Below are positions 1 to 17,064 of a stretch of DNA of 64,000 bases, one piece after another. The DNA is from the human T2T-CHM13v2.0 reference genome, Homo sapiens, in assembly GCF_009914755.1 (NCBI RefSeq), contig NC_060947.1; one strand, written 5' to 3'. Below the pieces are notes generated by a model. That model was not told where the DNA came from and made no database searches. It was given only the letters and a program-made list of their open reading frames with translations. The number at the start of each line of letters is the position of its first letter. Position 1 is the first letter of the stretch. The position numbers and the translations under genes were made by a program.

Positions 1-563
1 AGATTTCTATCAGTTAGGTTTATTTTAGATGTTTCAAGGTGTTCCCAACAAGGACACTTGGAAGGAATAAATACCAGACACCATAGGGACTCCCTGAGGA
101 CTTTGATCATCTGAGGCCTGGATCATCTCTGCTGCCTTGGTGGAACAAACCAGTTAGGCCAGTTCACGCATGACTTGCATGGTGGTCCAGTAACTGGAAA
201 AAGCACATACATGTTCTCTTTCTTGGAGGAAGTCCTTAAAGATGATGCCATTTGCCCTATCACTAAATGTTACTTTTTTGTGATTGAATCACATACTAGT
301 GTTAACTTAAAATGTGTTGCTTTTCAAGTGCAGACGAGCTCTGAGCGATGTCAGTAGTGTATGCAAGAAGATATGTGAGATTGTTTTCTGAAAGTGGTAC
401 TGGGACCCTAGCCGGCCACTCATGTTCTCTTGAGAGTTTGCCTGCTATGGCCAACCACATGTAGTAAATGGCCTTAGACATGCAGCCAAATTTCTTGAAG
501 CAGAAAAATGGGGTAATAAAGTAGCATTTCATAAGACACTCATATATGCCAAATCCTTTGTCT

Positions 564-864
564 TTTTTTCTTTTTTTTTTTTTTGAGACGGAGTCTCGCG
601 CTGTCTCCCAGGCTGGAGTGCAATGGCATGGTCTCGGCTCACTGCAACCTCCATCTGGTTCAAGCAATTCCCCTGCCTCAGCCTCCCAAGTAGCTGGTAT
701 TACAGGCACCTGCCACCACGTCCGGCTAATTTTTTTGTATTTTTAGTAGAGACGGGGTTTCACCATGTTGGCCAGACTGGTCTCGAACTCCTGATCTTGG
801 GCAATCCGCTCGCCTTGGCCTCCCAAAGTGCTGGGATTACAGGCGTGAACCACCACATCCGGCC
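564..864 (-). mobile_element. Alu (AluS-like), full length
   Basis: Poly-T then reverse-complement Alu dimer ending ...CATCCGGCC; flanked by TSD-like CAAATCCTTTGTCT / CAAACCCTTTGTCT. Confidence 0.95.
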
Positions 865-989
865 AAACCCTTTGTCTTCTAAATTTACTTTTAATTCTTC
901 CAACAATCTTATCAAATATGTTTGTGATGTTGCCATGCCTGAAATACTTGAATATTTCAAGCAAGTGCAGCTAGTATTCACTTTAAAAA

Positions 990-1275
990 GGTTTCTTTTT
1001 CTTAAGTTTTACAGGTTTAGGGGGTACAAGTGCAGTTATGGGACATGGAGTGATTGCATAGTGATGAAGTCTGGGCTGTTATTGTAGCCATCACCCGAAT
1101 AATGTACATTGAAACCATTAAGTAATTTCTCATCCCTCACCTTCCTCTCACTCTTCCACCCTTTTGAGTCTCCAACATCTATTATTCCACTCTCTATGTC
1201 CATTGTATACATTTTTTAACTCCCACTTTTGCGTAAGAACACGTGGTATTTGATCTTCTGTTTCTAAATTATTTC
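990..1275 (-). mobile_element. Old L1 (L1MA-like) 3' UTR fragment
   Basis: TTTAGGGGGTACAAGTGCAG...CATTAAGTAATTTCTCATCCCTC...CTCCCACT...GAACACGTGGTATTTG resembles an antisense L1 3' UTR; boundaries approximate. Confidence 0.75.
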
Positions 1276-1461
1276 AGGTAAGATAATACATATAACATAA
1301 TATGTAATTATATATAATGGAAATAGCTATAGAGATTCTAGGTGTACTTGAATTATGTAAAAGACAGTAATGCTGGTGTACATCTATATACATCAGGTTT
1401 AGGGTGTGATACCTGCATAAAATGCATATATATGTGTGCGTATATGGCCGAAATGGTGAAT

Positions 1462-2136
1462 TTAAAAACCTTGTACCTGGAGAAAAAATCTTAAACCAAG
1501 ATGTGTTTTGTATAGTTTGTGCCCAAAATGTGTAGGTTGAGCCTATATATAAATATGTATGTGTGTGTATACACACAAACACACAGTATATGTTATATAT
1601 AAAACGTACATAATGTATATATACACACATACATGTGAATATGTATATGTGTATATATGTATAATACATGTATATGAAATATATATATATGTATATTAAT
1701 ATATTTATATATATTTAATGTATACACACATTATATATTATATATATTTATTACATATATTATATATAATGTATAGATACATTATATATTATATAATATA
1801 TTAATATATTTATTACATATATTATATATAACGTATATATGCATTAAATATATATATTAAATATATTAATATATTATATATAATGTATATATTTCATATA
1901 CATGTATGATACATATATACACATATATTATATATACATATTCACATGTATGTGTGATTAATTAAATATATTAATATATTTAATATATTATATATAATGT
2001 GTATATATTATACACACATATATACACATATATACACATATATATTCATATATAGGCTCAACCTACACATTTTGGGCTCAAACTATACAAAAAGCATCTT
2101 GGTTTAAGATTTTTTCTCCAGGTACAAGGTTTTTAA
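1462..2136. repeat. AT-rich imperfect palindrome with 89-bp unique-sequence arms
   Basis: 1462-1550 is the reverse complement of 2048-2136 (86/89 by hand); inner arms ~1623-1680 vs ~1891-1956; (TA)n-rich core. Confidence 0.92.
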
Positions 2137-2502
2137 TATATGTATTTAATATTTAATGTATAAATATTATATATACATTATATTATATATAACATATATA
2201 CACATATACATTATATATAGTGAATATATTATAATATATAATATGAATACATTATATATATAATACGAATATATTATATACATAGTCCAAATATATATAT
2301 GTTGGACATTAAACAACCTAAACAATAATTGCCATGACAATTGTCAATTTATATTTTATAACACCTTTATGTTCAGCACACCCTTTAATTAATATGCTTT
2401 CTCACTTTGATATTTGTTTTCTAAGTATATTTCTAGAAGTAATAAGTTTTAGTGATTTACTGCACAATATGGTGACTATAGGTCTTAAAAATCTATTGCA
2501 TA

Positions 2503-3447
2503 CAGAGTGAACAGGCAACCTCCAGAATGGGAGAAAATTTTTGTGATCTACCCATCTGACAAAGGTCTGATATCCAGAATTTACAAGAAACTTAAACAAA
2601 TTTCCAAGAAAAAAACCAAACAACCCCATCAAAAAGTGGGCAAAGTATATGAACAGATACTTCTCAAAAGAAGATATTTATGCAGCCAACAAACATATGA
2701 AAAAAAGCTCAGCATTACAGATCTATCTGAGAAATGCAAATCAAAACCACAATGAGATAACATCTCATGCCAGTTAGAATGGCGATTATTAAAAAGTCAG
2801 GAAACAATAGATGCTGGTGAGTCTGGAGAAATAGGAACGCTTTTACACCGTTGGTGGGAACGTTAATTAGTTCAACCATTGTGGAAGACAGTATGGTGAT
2901 TCCTCAAGGAATCACCTAGAACCAGAAATACCATTTGACCCAGAAATCCCATTACTGGGTATATACCAAAAGGAATATAAATCATTCTACTATAAAGACA
3001 CATGTACACGTATGTTTATTGCAGCACTATTTGCAATGGCAAAGACATGGAACCAATCCAAATGCCCATCAATGATAGACTGGATACAGAAAACGTGATA
3101 CATATACACCATGGAATAGTATGCGGCCATAAAAAGGAATGAGATCATGTGCTTTGCAGGGACATGCATGAAGCTGGAAACCATCATCCTCAGCAAACTA
3201 ACACAGGAACAGAAAACCAAACACTGCATGTTCTCACTCATAAGTGGGAGGTGAACATTGAGAACACATGGACACAGGGAGGGGAACACCACACATCAGG
3301 ACCTGTTGGGGGATGAGGGGCGAGGGGAGGGAACTTAGAAGACCAGTCAATAAGTGCAGCAAACCACCATGGCACACGTATACCTATGTAACTAACCTGC
3401 ACATTCTGCACATATATCCCATTTTTTATAGAAGAAATTTTAAAAAG
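2503..3447 (+). mobile_element. 5'-truncated L1PA (about L1PA8-10-like) inserted into an older L1MA 3' UTR
   Basis: ORF2 C-terminal remnant ([26 protein letters not shown]) plus primate L1 3' UTR; TSD TATTGCATA at both ends; the older L1 continues on each side (~2440-2502 and ~3448-3990). Confidence 0.9.
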
Positions 3448-3535
3448 TATTGCATATTTCAAAATTGCTGAGAGTACATTTTAAATCTTTTGACCACAAA
3501 AATAAGTCTGTGAGAAGTTGGATATGTTAATTTGC

Positions 3536-3536
3536 T

Positions 3537-3575
<39 letters not shown>

Positions 3576-3725
3576 TTTTTGAGATAGAGTTTCACTTTGT
3601 CACCCAGGTTGGAGTGCAATGGCATGATCTCAGCTCACTGCAACCTCCGCTTCCTGGGTTCAAGTGATTCTCTTGTACCTCCCAAGTAGCTGGGATTACA
3701 TGGGCACACTACCACACGTGGCTAA

Positions 3726-3771
<46 letters not shown>

Positions 3772-3893
3772 TTTAGTAGAGACAAGTCTTCATCATGTTG
3801 GCCAGGCTGGTCTCGAACTCGACCTCAAGTGATCTGCTTGCCTCAGCCTTCCAAAATGCTGGGATTACAGGCATGAGCCACTGTGCCCAGCCT
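3536..3893 (-). mobile_element. Alu with (TTTA)n tail and (TG)n expansion in the middle A-rich linker
   Basis: Reverse Alu arms separated by a (TG)n run at ~3728-3770; TSD-like AATTTGCTTT / AAGTTGCTTT. Confidence 0.93.
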
Positions 3894-5424
3894 AAGTTGC
3901 TTTCTTTAATCATTTCACAACATATACAGATATCATTGTACCCCACAAATACTATATATTATTATTATATGCCAATTAAAAATTTTAAAAATGAGTTTAC
4001 ATGTTCCAAGTTAGTAAACTAACCTTATTTCTTACACGTAGTATTGTTTCAGATACTTGTAAGTTATTTACAACAGAGTTTCAGAAAACATTTCTTCATA
4101 ATCACAATTTGAAATATAATCACAGACATCAATTAGTCTCAACTCACTAAGAGCAGCTCTGAGCGATTTCCTAACCACCATCTCCTCCGTATAACATAAT
4201 TCTCATACGATTGTTTGTATCCACTTTGTTTTTTGGATATTTTAAAAAATAGTTCACATAGTTTCATCATATTTCATGTTTTACTCATAGAAATGCTCAC
4301 ATGACCTTCAGCTGTGAACTGCTTTAGATTAATGGCCCTGGTATTTCAGTTAAATAAAAAGTTCTTTAATTATGACATGTGTGTTTCTAATAATCTGGCT
4401 TAATTTTTGTAAAAAGGCAGTAAGTCGTCTCTCTTTCTGGTGTACGCTTTGCTCTTTTCTTAGAGGAAGGACATAGCAGAATCAGAGAATGCCCTGTAAC
4501 CCTGATTAAAATGTTATTGCACCAAGCACCAGTTCCCAACTACTGAGAAAGGAGCTTCACCCTGTTCAAAAAATCTTAGAATAGATTTGAGCTTTAATTA
4601 TGTTATTGGATCACGTGGCATTGTCATTTTTGACCTATAAAAATGGCGATTTCATGAATCAACCTTTTATCATCCTAGTACATATGAATAATATCATCTG
4701 TCAGAGAAAATGTATAACTAATCTTAGCTTATTAAAACAAACCATGGGTCCTAATGGCAACAAAATATCCTTTCAATAATATTTTTCCAGCATAAGTTTT
4801 ACAGGTGCTCCTAACACCCAATCCCATAGTTAATGAACAAAAATCTCTCTAGAATGCAGTTCTTTTTCCTATGCTTTATGAATGGTATGGCATGAAGAGG
4901 ATGTTCTAAATGGTTCCTTTATAAGCTTTTGTATAAGCACCTTTGCAATCTTTTGTTTTATCCTCCTGCGTGGAATACATGTAAAATTCACCTGCTAACT
5001 TGCAAGTTAAATATTTAAACTCTGAGCACACGTGGATCTGTTTGCGTTTTGTTACTTGCTATCATGCAGAACAAGAATGTTTTAGTTATTTATAAACAGC
5101 CCCGAGACACTTACAAAATAGCACTCCGATTATGTTGACAATGCGTGCAATATTTAATTTATGGCATGCACTCTGATTATTAAAGTTTATCCATGAATGT
5201 CCATAGTTATGCAAAGTATATTCATGCACATTTTTCTTACCTGTATGCAAGGCATCCTTACTAGATGTGATTAGAAATATTATTTTAATACCTTACATTT
5301 TGGATATTTAATTAGACTCTGTGGTTACGAGAGTGAACAGCAAGCATAATAGAAATGTATTTTGGTACAAAGTCAATTTAATTATATTCTAAAAATAAAG
5401 AAACAATGCTATCTACTACCTCCA

Positions 5425-6385
<961 letters not shown>

Positions 6386-7312
6386 ATTTAATTATAAAAT
6401 AGCCTCCTGGCTGCACTGTCTTGGCATTGTGTCTCACTGATAGATTCACCTGGACATCCACGGTTTGCAGGCTTCCAGATATGTATATGTGTGTCTGTGC
6501 TTATCTTCGCCCCATGATTCTAAATCACAAACATGAATAAAGCAAAATGAAATCTACTCATGTCGATGAAATATGGAGGAAGACCCCCCATAATAACTTT
6601 TTAGAATGCTAAGCCAGAGCTCAATACCACCTTTTGTTTTTTTCTATGTTGGAAGATGTGGTTCTTTGACAGGAATGGCAAGGTTTCTCTTCGCAGAATG
6701 AGAAGAAAAATAGGTTTGTCCTTTTGGTTTCAGGACTTGTAAATGAAGCTGAGGTGCAGGAGACAGATGAACAGACTTGATATTTTTGTTTTAATCAAAT
6801 AACTTCGGATTTTTTTTTGTTTTCATTAAACCAAGTCCCCAAAGATACAGAGTTTTGTCCATATTTCATTAAGACACTGGTTTGATTTATCACATTCTCA
6901 GGGGACATGTAGAGTAATTATAGCAGACCGACACTGGAGATTTTGGTATTTAGATTTGCTCCTCAAGGTAATGAGAGATGAGGGTTTCTTAAAGGACTCC
7001 TATTTGTAAATGCTGCTCTACTATTTTCATTTCTTAGGACCAGTACTGTGCCTAATATAAAACCAGTGTCTCCTGTGTGTGTGCACATCAGGTGCTTATT
7101 TTTTTCTACAGAAGCTAGCTTATTGGTTGTTTTATTTATTTGACTCTTAATATTCCCACGTGGTATTGCCATTCTGTGACCCTGGCCTTTGGTTTCAGTT
7201 CTACTTGTATGATAACCAGTGATTTAAGATCATGTTATTCTGTAAATAATTCAGTAATAGTCAAGGGGCAATACTGGTATTATAAAATATAACTGAGACT
7301 GTATAACTAAAT

Positions 7313-8192
7313 GTAGCCACTCTGTTACATGCTTTTCTAGGAAGTATTGATTCTCATTTGTATTGAAGCTGTAGACTATATATAGAGAGAGCCTAGAAAT
7401 ATGTATATACACACAGACACTATAGTATTGTACATATATATGCAATAAACATATATAACTACTATAATACATATATGTATGTAAATATATGTATATAATA
7501 TGTAAAAGTATATATGTCCATATATAAATATATGAATATATAAATTTATATGTTCATATATAAATATATGAACATATAAATTTATATATGTTCATATATA
7601 AATATATGAATATATAAATTTATATATGTTCATATATACACACATATGTATATGAATATATTTATATATACAAATAGATAAAGCATACATATTTACATAT
7701 ATCATACATAAATATATATACATGTACATATATAAGCATATACATGTATATGAATATATGAATTTATTTATACAAATAGATAAACATATGCATATATAAA
7801 TATATGAACATAAATATGTGTAAATATATACAAATATACAAATATAAATGTATAATAAACATAAACATATATTAAATATAAATATATAGAATTAAACCTG
7901 TACATATATGAACATACATTTATATATGTATGTATGTACAGATATGTTTATTACATATATACTATACTATAGTACATCTATATAGTCTGGGACTATATGT
8001 GTATATAGGCTGGGTTATAGATGTAACATATATATAGGTTTATATATATTTATATAAATATAGGTTATATATATTTATATAAATATAGGTTATATATATT
8101 TATATATAGATTATGCATATATTTGTATATATAGAACTTTAATGCAAATGAAAATCTATACAACCTAGAAAACAGTGTGACAGAATGGTTAT
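7313..8192. repeat. Older, diverged AT-rich palindrome
   Basis: 7313-7370 vs reverse complement of 8135-8192: 44/58 ungapped; inner arms ~7419-7454 vs ~7942-7973; (TA)n-rich core. Confidence 0.75.
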
Positions 8193-9402
8193 CTCGATTA
8201 TATATACATTTATAAAATATAGTAATATATGGAATAAACCTGTCTATACATATACATACATATTAGTATATGTCCACATATGTGCATATTCATATATATA
8301 TTCATCTATATGCATATACAATCATAAGTATATACATAAATTATGCATAATCAAATGATGCACTTTTGCATGTGTGTCTAATGTCTCTGTCTATAAAGAT
8401 AGTCATGTGCAGTGAGAAGAGAGAGCTCTTTTTAGTGGTGTGTAAGTAATACTTGTTCATCCTTGGAGAAAATGACTTTACAGATCCATAATTTACACTG
8501 AGCTCATTTATTAACATGAGTGTGGCTAATGGCTCCAGTTTGTCACTTGGAAGCATTGAATGCCATAAGGTAAAGTATTTTTTCCTGTAGAAAACAGATG
8601 CAAGGTAATTTTGATTAATGCCTGAACATCAGAGGCAGTCTTAAAATCCAAATGCAATTGAAGACAAACTTCACATCCTTTTTATTTGTTCTAACTTTGT
8701 AAATCAATTAGCATATGTGTAAAATGAAAAACTAAGACAAAAGAATTTCCAAATGGCTAACATATTTCCACATACCATGTTCTGCAGGCAGTGATGCCAG
8801 TTCTACAAAGACAGCACCCTGCCTATATCTAGAACTGGCATACTGGTATCTAACTATGTGGCCTTATTTTTGTACTTTTTGGAGCTGCCTTCTCCAAATT
8901 TATTTTCTTTCATTTGTGTGTTTCTAATACATGAAATTCTATTATGTGTACAGGAACTCACCTGATGATTTCCAAAAATTTATCCTTAAAAATATGAAAA
9001 TGAATTTCTTATATCTTTATGCATCTAGTTTTACACATTCCTCTCCATTGAGCTGAATATTTCTGTCATAAAGCTTCATTTTTACACTCTGGTAGTTACA
9101 TAGGTCATGGGATATTCTCCAGAAATCCATGTGCTATAAATCCATTGTTTCTAAGTATTTACTATAAGCCATCGTCACCAGCCCAGGTATACTTTGCCCA
9201 TATTATTCCATAGATAAGGGATTTTGCACTAGCAAATGGCATTAGTATGTTTTCCAGAAGCTCTGTCTTTAGTGTGTTTACAAGAAAGAAGGAAAATGGA
9301 TTGTTGGTTAGCAGGTGGCTCTTCTCACCCACTCTCTTGAGATGCTTTATATTTATCCTATTTATATTTGCCCTATTCCCCTGGCCAGTTGATGAGGTTA
9401 AG

Positions 9403-9712
9403 GTTTGTTTTGTTTTGTTTTGTTTTGAGACAGAGTCTCACTTCATCAACCAGGCTGGAGAGCAATGGCGCGATCTCGGCCCCCTGCAACCTCCGCCTCT
9501 TGGGTTTCAGCAATTCTCCTGTCTTAGCCTCCCAAGTAGCGGGGATTGCAGATGTGCACCACCACACCCGGCTAATTTTTTTGTATTTTTTAGCAGAGAC
9601 AGGGTTTCATCACGTTGGCCAGGCTGGCCTGGAACTCCTGGCCCCAAGTGATCCACCCATCTCGGCCTCTCAAAGTGCTGGGATTACAGGCAGAAGCTAC
9701 TGTGCCCAGCCT
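9403..9712 (-). mobile_element. Alu
   Basis: (GTTTT)n tail plus reverse Alu dimer; TSD-like GATGAGGTTAAG / GATAAGGTTAAG. Confidence 0.93.
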
Positions 9713-10044
9713 GATAAGGTTAAGTCTTTGAAGTAGCAATTTATTAGACAAATATTTTTTTAAAATAACCAAGTAAAATGATCCATGAAAGAAAAAGAAA
9801 TAATTGTTATAATTGTTAAGAAAATGAATAGAGAAGCCACAGATTGGGAGAAGACATATGTAAACCACGTTTATGATAAAAGAGACTTATATTCTGAACT
9901 CCTCAGAACACCCAAAACTCAAAAAAAAAAAATGAAGACAAACCACCCAATCAATAATAACAAATGGATACATGATTTGAACGACATATAACCATTGAGA
10001 ATTTACCAATGCATGGCAAATAAGCACATGAAAAGATGCTGAAA

Positions 10045-10578
<534 letters not shown>

Positions 10579-13155
10579 TGACTGATTTTGAATATATATT
10601 CAAAATCATTAGTAACTGAAACATGCAAAATAAAATGAGATACCAGTACACAGATATCCGAATGCTTCAAAGCAACAGCAACAATAAAAAAATCCCTTCA
10701 ATCTGACTATATTAAGTGCTGGCACAGATGAGAACTGAAGCTCTCATACATGGCTATGAGAATTGGAATAATAACCTGACAGGCTTTTTTAATAAATGTA
10801 AAGTTGAGCATATTCTTAGCATTTGAGCTGCCAATCCCAGTCTTAGATGTTTAACTTAAAGAAATAATGGTTTATGCTCAAACAAAAATGATTGTTTACG
10901 TGAATACAGGTTTATTCATAACTGCAAAACTGAAAGCAATGTAAATTTTCAACTGGCAAACATACAATTAGGTTGTGGCACAATCATACATTGAGATATT
11001 TCTCAACAATTTAAAAACAAACAAAGAAAACACTGACACTTAACTAGTGGTTTACCAGCAGTGCAATAACTAGTGCACGCAGAGACCTAGACAAATCACC
11101 AGTGCTTTATTCAGGGTAATGGAAGTCAGACTCCAATGTCTACATATACTTTAATTCCCTCTACATGACTTTCTGGAACAGCCAATGCTGTAGGGATAAA
11201 AATTTGTTTCATGTTTGCCAGGGAATGTGGGTTGGGAGAAAGTTTGAGTACAAAGAGGCACAGGGGAACATTTTGGGATGATAAAACTGTTTCCATATCA
11301 TGACTATGGTAATAGTTACCATCAAAGAGTACAAACCCCAGAAGCATGCACCAAAAAAATAAATGTAACTACATAGAAAATATACGGATATATAAAAATA
11401 TACAAAACATACACTGATAAACCTAACTTAAAGAAATAAGAATAACCAAAAATAGAGAATTCTGCTTGCAAATTAATCCTTATTTTCCCCAAATGCCTTT
11501 TATCAAAATAGCAATTACTTAAGAAATAGCAATGTTTCTAACTTCCCAACAATCTCTGATGATCATGTTTCAGCAAAACAATTTTTGGGGTAATAAATGA
11601 GGCATCTAATTATACTATAGATTAAGATTCTATTAATAATAACAGGCGCATTATTCTACCTGTTTACTTTTTCTAAACTGGCTTAAAGAAATCAAGGATC
11701 AGAAGCTGTTATGATCCTTATAACAGTGAGGTGGAGGAACTGTTCGAAGTGGGATGGACTACAATGAAATATAGGGCTTAGCAAAAACTTTTCTAAGGTA
11801 TATTATTAAGTTTTGGTTTTCACACCACATAAACATTCTATATGTTAATAAAATTAAATCAAACAGGTTACAAAACTACACTTATAAACAATACCAACAA
11901 TAAAAGAAGTCTAACTTTACATCAAATTGATAGCAATATTGAGTATTATGTTAGTAAGAAAATAAGTTGCTAAAGTTAACACAAATAGATATAATGATGT
12001 TATTAGAAACTAAGGTTTTTGGTATAAGAAAAAACAGATTCAAATACAAAATAGTAAAATAATTTGATTGTGAGAATCCTTAAACAGTGTATAAATATAT
12101 CAAATTATATTTTACACCTTGAATATTTCCAATATTTGTCAATCACATATTTTAAAATGAAAAATTTTTAAAATACAATGCTGAAATTTAAGTAACAATA
12201 TGAATATAAACTCACAATTTCTTAAAGAAAAGGTGTACTATAACTCAGTGCAGTAGTAAGGTCTATAACCTATGACGTCAGTGCCGGAATGAAACAATTC
12301 TCAGATCCTGATTTCTAATTATTGGTGTTATTAAAAAGGAATCAAGGCTCCTTGGGAACATAGCTGATTTCATGGGGTTGAGAGACTGTGAGTTGAGCTA
12401 AGAATATCCTATTGTGTGCCCCAAAGAAAGGAAGAGCTGAACAATGAATTTAGAATGTGTCAAAAGGACCCAGTAATACATTTGTTTTTCTCCTTCCTTT
12501 TTGATGCAAATGTTAACTGCTGTGGTAATAGATCAGTTTCACAACAGATGGTAATGATGCTATGGTGAAAATATATCACTTTCACATATGTATATATATT
12601 GAGTATAAGGTGTTTCAACATTTGATACAGTAAGTGATACACGGGGAACTTCCTTCGTGTAACCAACACTATGATCTTGTTAGATACTTTGTATCTGCGC
12701 TATTCTGCCATAGGATTATACCTATTATTCATGAGTACAATTCATATTATGGGGAAAGAGGGAAGTCTGAAATGAGAAATGGCCCATTTGTCTAGATGTC
12801 TGAGTCTTAGTGGATTTTAATAATTCTTGCACCGCCAACTAGTCTCTCCTTTGCCTTCTCAACTGCCTTCTCAATCAGTATCACTGGGATTCATTTTGCC
12901 TTCTGCATAAAGTAAACAAGAGTAACCTGCAAGAATGCATTTGATAAAAGGAAAATTTTATCCACGGTTTGAGTTTCACCTGTAGCACACAATTCAAGTG
13001 TGAAAGAAGTGATATTCAGACCCTGAGATCTTTAGTTTTAGTAAAGTTTATTTGTTTTTTAAAGTGGATCTCCTGCTTGGAAAAGTACAGTAGATGTTCA
13101 GCAAGATAGTTTTTACTTAAATAAAAATCATAGCAATGTTTTGAAAATATTGTAG

Positions 13156-13467
<312 letters not shown>

Positions 13468-14787
13468 TACACAGTTTAAATAAGCAATTATATGTTTTTT
13501 GTGCTTATAATAATTGTATAATTTAGGTATAATTATAAGGAGTCATTCATTTTCTAATATTTTCTGCTTCAAATTCAGTGTATTAACTTAGGTAAAAAAT
13601 GTTCAATGATGCATGAACATTTTGGGAAATGTGGCCAAGAAAATGACCATACACTACCATATGATCCAGCAATCTTACTTTTGGCTCTGTATCCGAAGAA
13701 TATGAAATTGGTATGTCAAATTGTGCAATAACCCCAAATTTAAATATCCTTTCCTGGTTACTACATAACACATTAAAACAATATAATATTAATAATATTT
13801 GTAATATAATGTTTCATGTTGAATATTATCACAGTTCCCCAATTTTTATGGTTTATAATTTTACAAAACAACTCAGTTTTCCAATCATTTCTTTTCCATG
13901 TGGAAAACTATGTCTAATTAACTATTATCTTTTTAATACCACCTATCACTTACATTTCAGAATTGCATCCACATTTTCAGGCAATGTCTTTGTCTTTGGT
14001 AGAGAAGAAGATTGTTTGTCCCCTGTTTGAGTGGCTATGTGAAGTGTTTTGAGGTTAGCAAACCTGTCTTCCCTTAGAACCATTTCACACATTTGAGAAA
14101 TATCATTATAACATGTCTTCAAAACTGGGAAAGAAAACTCAGCTGTGTTCAACAAATATTTACTTTCTTCTTTCCAAAAATCAGACTGCAGAAATCGTAC
14201 ATAGTATAGGGGATATTTGATCACTTCATCTTGGAGGTCTATCACAAATATAAATGTTTCTATCATAGCATTATTTATGTTTATATAAGAAAAATATTTA
14301 TTTCTAATTTTTATTTTCTGGTATATAATGCAGAATATGAAATTTGGAAATATAGAAGGGAGGGAACAAAATTTAAATCACGTATATTTTGTTTTATTTC
14401 TTTTAGCATTTTTTTATATTTGTGTGTTTTATAAAATTAAGAATAAGATACACAAGCATATGCATTCATATAGTGTATTTCATTCAAGATAATATTGAAA
14501 TTATTTTTCATTTCATTATTTTTATTGTTTTTTTGAATTAATAGGCCAATATAACAGAATAGAATATTAATCATTTTTAAAGGGTTATTGTATACCTGCC
14601 TAGATTCCTTACTGAGAATATTGTATCTTTAATGATGTATCTCATATTGGAAAAGCCATATTTCCTTTTTCCTATTTGACCTTTTCATGTGATAATCTTT
14701 GCATACACATCTTTCTAGATAATTTTGATAGTTCTTTACAATAGATTCCAGTAAATGAAATTATTGTGAGAAAATGTAGGATTGTGA

Positions 14788-15517
<730 letters not shown>

Positions 15518-16102
15518 ATTGTGTTGTCTTTAAAAAACAATAATGTTATGATAAAGACTTCTATCTAATTATTAATAGTGCATTTATGACTAGATGTAAA
15601 GATAAACATCGTTTTTGGTATGTGTATTTTTAGCCCTGCATAAAATATTTATCTCCATTAAAACAATCAGGACAAGGATTTTGCTCTATATTTAAAATTT
15701 AATTTTTGTCATATTTTTATGTTGATAAGTACGTCTCTTTGTTCCACCACGAGCTTCAGCTACATACGAAACCTCTCGTGAATATCCTTGTCAGAACTCT
15801 CCCATGCTCTTTAACTTAAGAGTACTGAAAGCCACATTTTTTTCAATGCTGCCTATCTGGGAATATCTAATACTCTAATCTAGGCCGGGCACTTTTTGCA
15901 TGCCTCAAAATCTCCCTTGAATGGAGTGTAATGAACTGAACAATTTTATATAGCAGTGTTGAGTCAGGCATTGATGAGTGAAGCTGACATCCTCTCTCCC
16001 CTAATTTTCAATTCCACATCTTTTGGATATTCTTCACCACGCTCAGGTTTGCTATAGGTGGATGGAGTGATGGTTCAGCCCCGCTTTGTCCCAGTCAAAT
16101 AG

Positions 16103-16576
<474 letters not shown>

Positions 16577-17064
16577 AAGCTTTTCTACTTTCATGGCACT
16601 GCCTGGACCCCAGCCTCCTGCCCCAGAAGCCCTTTCCTATCCTGCATATTATCTCTATTTCTACGCAATCCCCCTCTGCCATCACAAATATTAGATAAGC
16701 TATCAGCTCTCTTTGACACTGAGCTAAAATCTTTGAATTTTATCTCAAAGATTTGGAGGTAACATGGAAGAGTTTCAATCAGAGAATGACATGAGGGGGT
16801 TTTGGCCTTAGAACATTCATTCTGGCTGCGGAGTGTCAAATAAATTGAAGATGAGCAAAGAGACAAAGAAATCAGTGAGACGTCTACTTAGGAAAACTCT
16901 GAAGAAAAAAGAGTTATGAAAATGATGAAGGAAAAAATATGGATAGACTATAATGTGCTGGAGGAGGTATCACTAAAAGGCACTGAGAAGAGATTAGGGA
17001 GAGAAGAAGATCGTCTCTGATTACAACCAATTGTGTAGCTGAAGTGGTGGTTGGCGATAAAATT

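Noticed and set aside
302-1087. ORFs of 135-154 aa, and similar ones at 9247, 14911, 24039, 53966 and 58569
   Set aside because: They are Alu translations (e.g. [20 protein letters not shown]) with no exon or splice support.
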